NCBI GenBank assembly: GCA_020536535.1
Contig: JAHLWZ010000835.1
Span: forward strand, 25,562-89,561
From: Pelomyxa schiedti
Lineage: Eukaryota; Protista; Evosea
DNA: 64,000 nucleotides
Direction: 5' to 3'
Part shown: piece by piece, positions 21,866 to 34,986 of the stretch
Position numbering within the stretch: position 1 is the first letter of the stretch
Layout: each line of letters begins with the position of its first letter
Notes under the pieces: model-generated
Database searches by the model: none
What the model was told of the DNA's origin: nothing
What the model saw: only the letters and a program-made list of their open reading frames with translations
Made by a program: the position numbers and the translations under genes

Positions 21866-24722
21866 ATGACAACAGCACCGGAAAGCAGCGCCAGGGTTGC
21901 CATCCCTGGGCCCGCCCCCGCGCCCCTGCTCCCGCCCTGCCACCCCCGCCCCCCGCCCCCCGTCTCCCCCGCCGCTGCCACCACCACAACAACAACAACA
22001 ACAACCACCACGACTACTGCCGCCACCGCCCCGCCCCCTGCTCCGCCGTCGTCCTCGCCCACGGGCACGGGGTCGCAGTCTGCGTCGCGGTCTCCTTCGC
22101 CCTCCTCGGCGCGGCTGGTGCACCCTACGGCGCTCTACTCTGGGGGCGTGTGCCACGTCTCGGTGACCTACCCGCTGCCGCCGGCCCGCCGCCCCCGCAC
22201 CCGGTCCTCCTCCTCCACCTCGGGCACCCGCGGGGCCCCCGAGCCCCGCAGCAGCAGCAGGGGGCACAGCCCCGGCCCTGCCACTGCCACTTCCACGTCC
22301 ACGTCCACGTCCACGGTTGGCACTTCGACTGGTGGTGTTGGTGTTGGGGGCGGGGGTGGGGGGGCAGCGTCGGCCGTGAGCACGGGGGAGGTTGTCTTGC
22401 TGGTTCCCTTGTGTGTCACTCCTGCCCAGGTTCCTTTGGTTTGGTGGTTTTTATGTGTTATTTGGTTAACTGTTGTTGTTGTTATTTGGCTATTGATTGA
22501 AGATGCTACCAATTTTCATACACACACTAGAGTACTGAACTTATTTCTTATACTGGTTACAGGTGCTGGAACATGTAGCCTATAGCGTTGGCCTGCCCAA
22601 ATCGGGCACATTTACTGTGATCGATGAAGGAACTCATTCACCACTGGTTCCCAACGCCCCGTTGTCTTCACTTTTCTCAGACTCTGGGACTTATCACGTA
22701 TCCTCCCATTCCTACTTCTGGGAGCAAAGCTAACTTCGTTTCTAAACAAGATTCACATCAAGAAGCCCGATTCATCTTCTCCATCTCTCCGCCCTTCATA
22801 TTCACTACGGTCTTTACGGGAGGCTGACAAAGAGGTTTGTGTCTTCTCTTAAAACTATTGGCCTTTTCCTCTTTTCAGGCCTTTACTGAATTCTTTAGGT
22901 AGATGTCTGTTTTTGCACCTCCAACGGCATCAGGTGAAGTCAGCGTTCTGCAATGGATTGACCTAGCCGACAAACCACCACTGCCATTTGTATGGTTCAA
23001 GTATACCGACAGAGAAAATCCTGACAAGTACACTTTAAAAGACTAATGCAAGTCTCACTAAATTTCGTTCAGAAAGGCCTGGTTTACTTTTTTGTATTGC
23101 ATGGAAACACATGAGGACCTTTTCTCTGTGCAATCGTGGCTGAAATTGTTGGTTGACATTACACATGTATCAGTCCTTTTTCCCCCCATTCACCAAACTG
23201 ATACAAACAGGTTGACTGTTTTGCCTTTGATTATACTGGTTTTGGAAGTCACATAGGCTTGCCGACTGAGGATAGTTGCTATCAAGATGCAGTATTGGCT
23301 TATCTGTTCCTTACATGTCACGTACCTCCAACGCGAATCATTTTGTATGACGGGTGGGGAAAAAAGCGTGTTAAATACCCTTTAGAATCGGAAAAGGCTA
23401 TGGAACAGCTCCCGCAATTCACCTTGCTGCCGCTATTTCTGATAAAAGTTTTGAAAGCACTGCCCTGAAGAAATGCGGAGTACGGAAGGGCGAAATGGCT
23501 TCAATGTTCTCCACCAATAAAAAGATTGCAGCCATAGTTTTGCTTGTGAGTTAGAGTCTTTTTTCCCCACTACTGATTTGTACTAGAATGCAACAAAGCA
23601 CTCTCGTAAACTGCCAACGAAACTCACTCCACTATCGGGTCTGTGGAGTTCGGATGTATTTGATACAAGAAAAATGGTCCCTTTAGTCACTGCTCCCGTA
23701 CTTATGATACACGGACAAAAAGATCCCCTCTTTCCCACAAACCACGCTGTGGTATGCCAAAAAAAAAAAATTACCAAAAGACCATCACCCCTTAACAAAT
23801 GACAATTAGGAGTTTTACAATATGTTTCCTTGCCCTGCTAAGTTTGTTACTATAAACAATTGTGGCCATGATGTACTCGAGAGTGACGATGATACAATGG
23901 AAGCTCTACAAACTTTCTTGCACACACTCAACGCCACAGAGTATACTTACAACTCTACAATCCGGCCACCCCCTGGTTTTCACACCTCTCCAATTGAATT
24001 TTGTTGACACCTTCTCCAGCCGCGATTTTACAATCTCCTTCAAATTTTGTCAAACAGTGGCTCGGAACTATAGGGTTGGCACAGTATTCGGAAATGTTTC
24101 TGGTAAACGGGTGTGTCTCGTGACCCATCATACATTTCTTGAAAAATTGACTCTTTCACCCCCAGATATTACGACATTTTATCAATCAGTGGCATTGATG
24201 CTGTTGATTTGGAAATCATTGGCGTTGATGATAGTCACAAGCAAACCATTCACGAAGCTGTAATTGCTCTACGACGTTGTTCTCAGTAATTTCACAGTTT
24301 TCTCCTCTAACCTGAGTCTAGGAGAATCCGAAAAACCAGCAACAGCTAATGCTATAGCAACCATTTCCCCCGAATCCGGAATTTTTGCCCATGAGTCGTT
24401 ATCTGGAATTCATCACAGTTCCAGTGACGGTGCCTTGCATACACACAGTGCCTCCTCGGAACTATTTTCGTCAAGTTTAGCACAAACAACATCAGTGACA
24501 AGTCCATCACTTCTTTCTGAAATCAAGTACAGTTCCCCTCAACCCAATTCCAATTCTCATCACCTTGCCTTTTTTCACACACCTTTATACATTATGCACT
24601 CATTCATACATAGCACATTTGTATTGAGTCAGTCAATTGGGTCTGCACTGTCCTTTGTTGGGGACAGTGTTGGACTTGTAGATCACAAAAAAGTCAAAAC
24701 CAAACACACGCACCACCTGTGA
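21866..24722 (+). CDS. ABHD17-like alpha/beta-hydrolase-fold protein (nucleophile Ser->Gly) with C-terminal SAM domain
   Basis: VDCFAFDYTGFGSHIGLPTEDSCYQDAVLAYLFL...RIIL|IGKGYGTAPAIHLAA; PVLMIHGQKDPLFP; CGHDVLE; WLGTIGLAQYSEMFL|..YYDILSISGIDAVDLEIIGV (SAM). Confidence 0.7.
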
Positions 24723-24800
24723 GAAATGTGTATTTTAGCAAACAGAAAAAGAAAATTTTCTTTTGTATTAAATTATGCTTTTCGGTTTGTCCGAAAAATC

Positions 24801-27800
24801 TTATGGAAGAATGTTTTCTTTGAGCATTTCTAGCTGGGCAGTGAGTTGCTCAATTTGTTGTTGCAGCTGGATATTGTCAGAAGACCTTCGGGCAACATAA
24901 TTCGTGAAAACATTGTTGCGGTCACTTGTTACTGTGGGCTGTGGTGCTCTACTAAGGTTTGTGTCAAAAGTTGCATAGAAAATATAGTCTCCGGAGCCAA
25001 TAGTGATTCTAGCTCCCACTGGTGAGTGTGACTGTAAATAAATGTGTAGTTATACACAAGGGTAAACAAATTTTGGGGAGTACAATGACGGCATCCAGAA
25101 TTCCAATTAATTTGAGGTTATTTTGGCTGGTAACTTCGAAGCCATCAAAAATTAGTGTATCCCGCTCTGAGAGCTTTAGTACCGCAAAATCTGTTTGGAT
25201 TGTCAACATTGAAAATTCTGAACTTCTGAATACCAGGTAGCAGTAAGACGGCACGCGAATTGTGTGGTACTTGAACTGCAACTTGATAAGTATCCTCACT
25301 GAGCCATTGCCAGTGTAGGGAAATGAGCCCTTTTCCCGACTCATAAGATGCACCAACCAACTGGAGCTGGTCATGTCTAAGTGTTGGAGGGGAGAGTATT
25401 ATCTCTTCCAACCCGTTTGGATTAATCTAAACTACTGATTGAGTCCTCGTAGCAAAGGTATGTTTGGCATACTCCGGCTAAGTAACGATAAAACCATGAA
25501 TCAATGGAACCAAACATAATGTGGTTTCTACTGTCCACTCTTGGTCCCTCGAAAGGTGCATCCCATACCTCAAAACCAGTTTACCGTAAGATGGGAAGTA
25601 ATAAATTAAATGGTACCTCCCATAATGTTGTAGCGTTTTCGAAGGGGTTATAGGCCATATAACCATAACTTGGATAGGTGGTTTGCTGGACGATCTGTAA
25701 TGCAACCTCATGGTAACCCAATTCAGAAAGGAGAGGAAATAGGAATCTGAGGAGTGTGAGGAGGTGTAATGATGCTCTTTAAGTTCTGTGCCTTGTTCCA
25801 ATGATTCCCGTTGTGAGATGTGTGTCGTACGCAGCTATATCATTCAGAAGTGATTGTACAACAACAGTCTGAAGAGGATGTGAATTGGAAGAAGAGAAAT
25901 TCACCAAAAATGCACCTTGAGATCGGAAGGAACCACATTAGCAGTTAGGGCAAGCACATTTGCCGTCTGTTTACCATCTGCATAGCCACTCAAGGATTTA
26001 TTATAGAAAACTTGGTGAAATTCCTGGCATATAGTGTCAAAAAAAGAAATGCGACAACTAACATGTCAGACATTTGAAAAGTATGTGTAAAGGTCAGCAT
26101 AGTATCTAGGCAGATGTTAGTAATGCAAAAGAAAGTGGAACAGTACAGGGAATCATCTGAGTGATTCAACAAGCTGCTTATTGTTGACAGGTGTTGCAAA
26201 TCGTTTAGAAGAGCAAAAGAGGAGCAAAGTGACTGGTTTGTCATTGTTACTGGCGGAGGTGGTGACCAGTCACCTTGAAGTTTTTAACTTTTTTTTTTTT
26301 GATAAGTATCAAACCATAATTGTAATACATCTTTGCCAGTCCCAGAGGATCATTTTCAGTAGCCCTTTGGACCAAATAGTCTACCCAAGCCACAATATTG
26401 TCATAGTACTGTGAAACTGTTGCTACGTCACCATAGTGGTCAATAAGATAGAATGCGACGGTAGTAACTGCAGTGCCCCAACTGCCAGTAAATTAGCACC
26501 CGTACAGTGAGTGGTTAATTGGTTAATATATGAAAAGGCACACTTGGGATCGCCTGGAAGCTTGCCAATGGAGAAGGGAACAGTATCTGGAATGGCTCCA
26601 TTGGAAGCTTGGCTGTCGGCAATTTGTTGCAAAAAGGCGGCATAAAATGGTTGCAAGTCGAAATTAAACATCGCTTCGTCAACTGTGAGAGCAACATCAC
26701 CCAACCAACCTTTGCGCTCATCACGCTGAGGACAGTCTGTGTTTTGGGTATTAGGATGGTGTTACAAGAACATAACTTGCCTGAAGGTATCCCCATAAGG
26801 TTTCCCTTCTGGCCCCAAAACACATTGGAATGAATGGCATTGAGTACATCATCCGATGTCTCAAAGAAGCCTACCTGTGGGTTTTAATTTGATAACATGC
26901 ATGACTTAAATTTCGCTGGTGAAACCTCATTTACATCAGTGTGTACAACAACAGCTTTGATGGAATCTAGGGTTGGAGTGGACCAGCTGTGCCTAACCTT
27001 CAAGAATGTGAAACACCAAAGAACAGCTTTAAAAAATACCTCTACATAACGGAACCCATGCACTGTAAATCTTGGTTCATAAATTTCACCAGACTTATTG
27101 CCATAGAGTATGTATTGATCCGTCACAACAGCACTACGTAAGTTGTCAACATATCCCATGCCAGTGTATATCCCATCAGAACTTGATGGGTGTTCAGCAA
27201 TTTCAGTGTATTTAATCTGTAGTACTTTGAGCCAAACAAAGTATGGAGGGCGAGATATACAGAGATGGAAGATCCAGCAGGGCCTACAACACGATATTTT
27301 ACCTGTGTACAGATCAGGAAAACGAACCAAAAATAAATAAATACCCAACCAACTAGGTTTTGTCCGAAGTCATATATATATGTATTGGCTGCTTTGTATG
27401 TGCAGGAGAGTGCTGAAATTTCTGTTTTCTTGAAAATTGGAATCAGAAGACACATATTTCCATAATCATGTGTACTTCTGGTCTAACAGGTTCCACGGTC
27501 ATTAATGTAAGTTCTCCACCAGGAGCGTCCATAGCCTCTGCAGCCAGCCACAGAGACGATGGATCACTGAACCCAGGGTTCACCCACCCAGGTCTATATA
27601 ATCTACCATCCACATGTTCACCGTGGTAAAGGCTGTCCTTATTCCATTTCAATTTGCTGTGGCTTTTCTTGTTTTCAACTTACATATGTGATTGAACCAC
27701 TCCTTCCGACCCAGGTTGTGTCAGAGTAGACAGTTACAGTTTCGCCAGTATTCACTTCAATGACCAATGCAAGTATCATTCTAGGAGGGCCATAGTTTGG

Positions 27801-28788
27801 TTCTGCTTGACAGCCAAGCCATTGGTCCTGACCTTAGGCCTCAATAGAAATAAAGCTGGTGAAACGATACCTGTGAATACCAACCATTTCCCAGCATTAC
27901 ACCAATGGCATTGGTCCCAGTGCGTAAAATGGATGTAACATCATAGGTTACATACATAACACGTTTCTGAACAAATTGAGTGGGTTTTAGACAGAGGACA
28001 ATACTTCATATAGGGTCCAAGTGGGGTCAAGTTTTCGGGTTGCATCAACAGCCTCACCATTAATGTAAAGTTCATAGTATCCAATGCCACTTATGTAAGC
28101 AATTGCTGAATGAATAGCTGAAGTTAAAGGGAATTCCTTAAAAAATCAATTAAGAAAAAGGGAAAAGTGATTTTGGACAGATACCTTCCTGAGCTCATTC
28201 ATTGTTATGACAGAACTGCCAATCCAGGTGGCATTACTGAGTGCACTAGAACTGACCACCAAAAACTTTCCATAAAACGTGGCTTGTGAGTTCAAGTTGG
28301 TCCAAACCTGTACAAGAAAAAAAGTTTTCAGTAACAAGGAAAAACCCTCTCGGACATACTCTCACTGACCACTTGTAGTATCTATGAGGGGCCAATGGCA
28401 TGGGTCCAGAATACTGTACATGTTGTGACTGGGAGGACTGCACCATTCCACTATCCCACAGAAATAAATCCTCATCCTGAACCTCTATAATTACAACGAG
28501 ATAATAAAATCCAGAAACAAAACCCTGAAGAAGAAGGGGAAAAAAGAATGCCTGAATCTGGATTTGATACGCGGCCTGCACCAAATTTCTGGCACCCTCT
28601 GCATCCAATTTCCACGAAAAGGACGGTCTCACTCCTTCCTCGATAGAGTCCACCCGTGATTCCGAGTCACGGAACGCAGTAGATCCACCCTCAGTCCTCA
28701 GCCTGCCCCTCAGTGTCAGTCCCATGCAACACCCAATCGCCATCAGCAACAGATTCAATGACACAAGTGCCCTGCCAGCCCTCGCCAT
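24801..28788 (-). CDS. Alpha-L-rhamnosidase (GH78), secreted (N-terminal signal peptide)
   Basis: MARAGRALVSLNLLLMAIGCCMG signal; RPSFSWKL..QAAYQIQ|V...WDSG.VQSSQS; YKWSVRV|W; YISGIGYYELYING; YIYDFGQNLVGW; YEPRFTVHGFRYVEV; DTVPFS; WQWL...VQVPHNSRAVLLLP. Confidence 0.92.
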
Positions 28789-29028
28789 CTTTCGTGCAAA
28801 AATCTGAAGTCCACGCTTCCACTAACTCATCCTTCTCAATCAACCAGGAGGTGCTCTGAACTGGAGAGGTCCTGGCTCAGGAAGGCTTATGCATATGCCA
28901 GCAACTGGGCCCAGAGATTCCGCAGGGAAATGCTGCCTCTGAACCCCCAACACCATTAATTGGGTTGCAGATTACATAAAAGAAAGGGTTTTTGCCATAA
29001 AAAACAAAAACAATAAACAATAAAATAA

Positions 29029-32000
29029 ATGTCGTTGAACGAGAGACGTAGCAATGACATGGACGTTTCTACTTCGAGAGAAATGGAAGATGAATCTCGA
29101 GCCTATGGTACATCTCGTGTTTGGTTTTTTTACGCTTCTAACAGCTACAGGCGTGAAACTTCCGGATGGGTATCAATTAGTTACCACGAGTGATACAAAG
29201 AAGATCCCGGTGCCCCCTGTGGCGTTGGTGTCACCTTCGCTTCTTTCCGTTTGCATTCCGACCGTTTCTCGCGAAGCACCGACAAGGGAACGGCACTCTA
29301 CCGCCACATCTACTTCTTCATCTAATTCACCTACACTTCCCCACGTAAATTCATCCTCCACTTCAACTCCATGTGTGAATACTCCCTCCATTACCTCCGA
29401 CACTACTGCGTCTCTTGTAACAATCGTAGCACATAGACAGAAACCACACCGCCGATCATTTCAAGCCTTATGTGATCACAACACCGATTTCATGACAAGT
29501 GATTTTAGTACCTCCCTTCACAACTATGGTGCCTGCACCTCAGCTTTATCAGCTATTCCACCTACTCTTACACAAACAACCAGCTCACCCAGCACCTCAA
29601 ACACGTTAGACGACAATTTTGTAGATGATTTCAATGTAAGCAGTGAGAGTGATAGCGACAGTAGCAATAGCAAAAAATACACCAGTTCTAGCAGCTGCAG
29701 TAGTCAAAGTGAGAGTGAGACACCTCCACAATCTACCGGCGACGAAAGTTTGGACACCCCAGAGCATGCACCCCAAAATGATACTGACAATGAAAGTGAC
29801 GATCAAAGTATGGATACTGACGGAAGTGATGACGCATTCTTACATTCAGTAACTGGAGGCGGTGCCAGTGGGATTGGCTTTGTGTGGATAACCGTCATTC
29901 CCCTTGTGGTGAACCTTACTGAAATCGAACTAGAAAGGGGAAGACTACTATGCGCCACCTCCCATCGCAATTTACACAACGTTAAAGCTGTAAAGACAAT
30001 CATTGCGGTGAGTAGCTTACTCCTTTATTTATATATTTATATTGCTAAATGAGACTCAGGATGGAAGAAGCTTGTTGTATTTCGTCACGGAAACTCTCAA
30101 ATCATCTCAAACACTACGACAAATGCTCGATCAACGAAAGCAAATAAAACTCAAGCTTGGAACTGTTTCAGGCCTCGAACCTGCTGTAATTGGGGTTCAG
30201 GATGCTGATGACTCTTGCACACTACGAGATAGTCACCAAAGTACTACAGAGAACAATTCGTTGGATCAATCCACTGATCACCCACAGACAACCAAACCTC
30301 AGCACAACCATTCACACCATCACAGACAAAAAGCTCCTCCCACTTCAGGAGCGAAAGTCAACTCCACAAGCTCTGCCCCAACGGAATCACCAACATCTTC
30401 ACCCAAGGAAGCCCCTGCAATATGTGATATTGAAGTAGAAGAAGTTGACGAAAATTTAGAGCACGCTTATTCCTTAATGGGCCTTTGCAATGCCTTACGT
30501 TTTCTTCATGATGAATGCAAGCTTGTTCATGGTGCCCTTAGTTCAGATAGTGTGTATCTTGCCAGAGATGGAGGCCTTAGAATCGCTAACCTCTGGTGCA
30601 CGATGTCTCCATCTTTGAGATTTGTAACGCAATCTATAATATCTCCACCAGGTACCTGCGTCTCCCCTTTCGATTTGGCATTTTTATTTACCAAATTAAG
30701 AGGTTTTACGAGGTGAGACCCCAACCAGTGCCTCTGATGTATGGTCATTGGCGATTTTATTCCTCGAACTTCTTAGTGGCGAATGCCTTGCGCCGTCACA
30801 GTGCAGGGCACTATACTCAAACTCCATTACATGTGCCTCAGCACTACCTAATCCACCACCGCATCTGGTAACATTTGTTCATACCATTCTTGGGTCCAGG
30901 CAGTCAGCCTGGATGAAACTAATAAGTTCAATGCTCCACCCTGACCCTCTCCTCCGACCTTCTGCTCTCTCCGTTTTGCAAAGTCTTATATGCAGTTTTT
31001 CACCTGTGCCCTTGCAACGTAAGAATGAGACATTTCTTTTGATTTTTTAACAGTTCCAAGCAAGCCTTGCCCTTCTCAACTGCCCAAAGCCCACTTCTCC
31101 CCCGACTGCTGATGAAATTGAACTACGACAATGGCTACACTATATAGAAGTGGCGCCAATGCGTGCCCGCACACTTATGCGTAAGGCTTTACAGTCTGAC
31201 CCAAACTGTGTGACTGCAATGCTTTTGTTGCGCCGTCTATACAGCCGTCATCCCCTTACAATGCAAGATCTTTTACCAGTTGTGTCATGCCCAAAAGAAA
31301 GTCTGTTACAGAGGGCATTGAAGTCTCCTAGACCTTCACAGGTTGAGCTTTTTGCCAGTATTTATCTAATTTCTATAGGTGAGAACCCGTGTCACTCTGG
31401 AGCAAATAGCAGCACGAGAAAAAAATGCATCCTGCTATTTCTTTTTAGCACTTTGCCACAAACATGGAATTGGCACAGCAAAGAGTGATATTGATGCTGC
31501 GGAATACTATGTGGTTGCTTGTTCGCTTGGGAATGCTGAGGCCTGTTGTAACTTGGGTGTTTGTTACAGGTATCAACACACTTAGTGACCCGCCATTCCT
31601 GAAGTCTCTTACAGAAATGGGTCTGGTGTTGGGTCACTGGATGAAAAGAAGGCTGCCCAACTTTACAGACTTGGTTCAGAACTAGGAAATGCTGAAGCCA
31701 GGCGAAACCTAGCCTGGTGCTATTCAACAGGAACGGGAGTTGTTAAGAGCTATCGCATTGCAGCGAAGCACTATCACATATCTGCAATCACACAAAAGAA
31801 TGCAGCCGCTTTATGCAACTTGGGCTGGTGCTATTTACAAGGCTGTGGCGTGCAAAAAAGTAAAAGAAAAGCTGTAAAGATGTATGAGAGGTCCGTTGCT
31901 CAAGGACATGCTCTTGCTCAATTCAATCGTAAGTTCTATTGAACCTTTCTCAACATACAAATAAGTGACTTGCAGTTGGCTGGTGTTACGCTGCCGGCAT

Positions 32001-32448
32001 TGGAGTTTCACGAAATGACATCATGTCATCCAAGCTCTACCGCATGGCTGCTGAGCAAGGTGTTCCTGATGCACAGTGCAGTTTGGGCTGGTGCTTTGTA
32101 AATGGAACAGGTGTACGGTACAAAGATCCACAGGAAGCTGTGCGTCTTTTCAGTAAAGCCGTTGAAACATCACAGGACCCACTAGCACAATACTCACTGG
32201 GGTGGTGCTATTACCATGGACAAGGAGTGAAGCAGGATGCAGTGGCGGCACGGAAGCTATTCCGCAGTGCCGCCGAGAAAGGAAATGTACTCGCACAATA
32301 CTCCCACGGTGTATGTCACTACCACGGCATTGGAGCAGCCAAAGACACGAGAGAGGCCGTCAGAATGTTCAGAATGGCTGCTGAAAAAGGCTACAAGGAA
32401 GCCCAAGTCATACTCACACAACTGAGTGTGAAACCACAAAAAGATTGA
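29029..32448 (+). CDS. Pseudokinase + Sel1-like repeat protein
   Basis: LCNALRFLHDECKLVHGALSSDSVYL...LRIANLW; SASDVWSLAILFLELLSG; followed by about 8 Sel1 repeats (e.g. AQYSLGWCYYHGQGVKQDAVAARKLFRSAAEKG). Stop at 32448. Confidence 0.85.
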
Positions 32449-32545
32449 AGAAAAGAAAAGAGTTGTGAATAACAGGGCCTTTTTTTTTTTACAAACATGA
32501 AATTGACAATGCGTCAGGTACAATGGAGTAGAAATTAGAAGCAGT

Positions 32546-33514
32546 TTAGAACTGCTCAAAAAACTGGCATATTGTGGGGTGCCTCTTAAATCCACGGAAA
32601 AATTCTTCTTTGGAGAGGAAGCCATCCTGGTGGTTGAAATAAGTTAGAATTGTGCACGGGATGGCAGTGAATGAAAGTACTTGGTTTGTGTCACATTTAT
32701 CAAAGATAATAGAAGTGACTTGGTCTATTTGCTTTAGATCCGCCGGAGTTAACTCGAGATCATCGGCTGATTTCCCTGAAGCAACAGAAGCACCAGCTCT
32801 TTGCTGTGGCTGTAAGACTTGGAAATGTGAAGAGGTGCCAAACCTCTTTAATGAACACTGAAAATACATGTCTAGTTCCGGCGTTATTTTATATGTATTT
32901 AAAAGGGTGGAACTAACTTGACTTCATCCTTAGAAACAAGGCCATCATAATCCCTGTCAAACAACTGGAAGGACGCTGTATCAGGTAAAAACGACTTAAA
33001 ACATTTTTTCCTTTGTTACCTTCAAGTCTCTGATCTAGATAAGTGTAAGCGAGGTAAGAGTTTAGAGGAAAATGCATACCTAGAGTCCCTGCTTGCGTTA
33101 TTGCTACCATTGTCAAATATTCTTTGATGTCCATAAAGCTTCATTTTTATTAGGGTGAAGTTATAAGCAGAATGCGGACCGCCGTACCCACTATGGTCTC
33201 TGTCAAAAATTTCAAAAGTCTTCATACGATCAAAATACAGTAGAATAAACTGCAGAGCACACCTTCTCAGCAGATTCTCTGCACATAGTTTCATCCAAAA
33301 TACTATTTACAAATCCTTCTCTCGAAATCAAGCCGTGCTGATCGGCCTGGCTACGAAAACTCTCCATCACCTGCCTGAGGTATTCCGGTGACACTAAGGA
33401 AGGAAAAAACGTCAGGATCTGATTCGACTCGGCACGCACGCAACACGTACAATTGTATTGCCTCCGTATGGACTCCACATCTGCTCTCGTCATGCCTGAC
33501 TCCCCTGACCCCAT
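32546..33514 (-). CDS. N-myristoylated EF-hand calcium sensor (NCS/calcineurin B-like), paralog 1
   Basis: MGSGES start; FEIFDRDHSG|FMDIKEY; FQLFDRDYDGLVSKDE; FDKCDTN|QDGFLSKEEF...CQFFEQF*. Confidence 0.88.
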
Positions 33515-33760
33515 CTTCCGTTGTATTTTGTGATTGCTTGGTTTTTGTGTTCGTTCTCTGAATCTCGAAAAGCTCAGAGATTTAACCACAAACAACCAAA
33601 CGCCAGAACTCCCTTCCATTAATTACAAAAGAAGCAACTCAGGGTCTCAGAAATCTCCGGATTTCTTGCGAAAAAAAAGAGAAAAAATGAGAGCTTTGCC
33701 TGTATCCAGGCAGAAAATACAACTACTTTGCAATGGTTTTTTTTTTCCCTATTTAAGGGA

Positions 33761-34759
33761 CTAAAATTGCTTGAAGAAGCCACATACATCTGGATTCTTG
33801 GTGAATCCAACCATGAACTCCTCCTTAGAGAGCCAACCACTCTGTTTCCCATTAGCTTTTCTTTTGAAAACGGTAAATAAAATGGTATTGCACACCCTAT
33901 CAGTATCGACTTTGGTAAAAATTGTCTCAACAACTTGGTTAATAGCGTCCATTGCAGTCTTGTCAAGCACCACAGAAGCAGTGGATCCACCTGTTCTAGC
34001 AACCCGCTTCTATTGGATTGTAAGGAGAAGTACTATAAATGAAACAGGCAACCTGCTTCACGACCATGATGAACATTTCTCTAACCTCATCACGGGTTAC
34101 TCTTCCATCACCATCCTTGTCAAACAGTTGGTAAGAAGCTGTTTTGATTTTTAGTCAGGTGAATTTATCACTGTAACCAGAGAGAAACGCCTTCACCTTC
34201 AAGCTTTTGTTCTGGTTTTCGGAGGGTTGTTGGGTAAGTCTAGTCCGTAAAGTATTGTAAAACATTTACCAAGTGTTCCACCATGAGTAACTCCCATCAT
34301 AGCAAGGTACTCTCTTACATCCATAAAACTGTTGCGGTGTTAAAGGTTTCGAACGCATTGCAACGGACCAAACCCGCTTCCATCACGATCAAAGGATTCA
34401 AAGACCTTGGTGGCATATGAACAAGAGAAAGGAACAAACCCTCTTTTTTTTTTTTTTTTTTGTAGTAATTATAAAAAGGAGGTACCTTATCAGCCAAGTC
34501 GGCGCACATAACACCAGAAAGAATAGTCATAAAGGCTGGTTTGGTAATTCGCCCGTCCTTTCCAGCGTGCGTGTTGAAACTCTTCACGACAACATCGAAT
34601 TTATCGGGTGGTACTGCAGAATGAAAGAAAAAGCAGTGTTACGAAAAGAAAAAAAAAAAAAAGTGGGATTGAATTAGTTTATGGAAACACACTCGCGTAT
34701 TGTCTTCGTATGTTTTCTTGTTCCTCCCTCGACAATGCACCACTATTTGACGCCCCCAT
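33761..34759 (-). CDS. N-myristoylated EF-hand calcium sensor, paralog 2
   Basis: MGASNS start; FESFDRDGSG|FMDVREY; FTKVDTDR|SGWLSKEEF...CGFFKQF*; intron positions shared with paralog 1. Confidence 0.88.
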
Positions 34760-34986
34760 AGGAGTTTTCCTTGTCTTGGTTTTTTTTTGTTTACTCGTTC
34801 TTTTCTTTGGTTTTGAGAGAGATGTTAGGATTCTGGGAAAAAGCCGGCATCGTTTCTCAGATTCCTCAGGGGTGTTTTCCTTCAGTCATCTTCCCACCTG
34901 TGGGATCCCCCAATCTCCACCACATCTCTCCTGTAACCCCCCCCCGCAGACAACTTGTCCAGCTTTCTTTTGGCCAACAAACAGAC

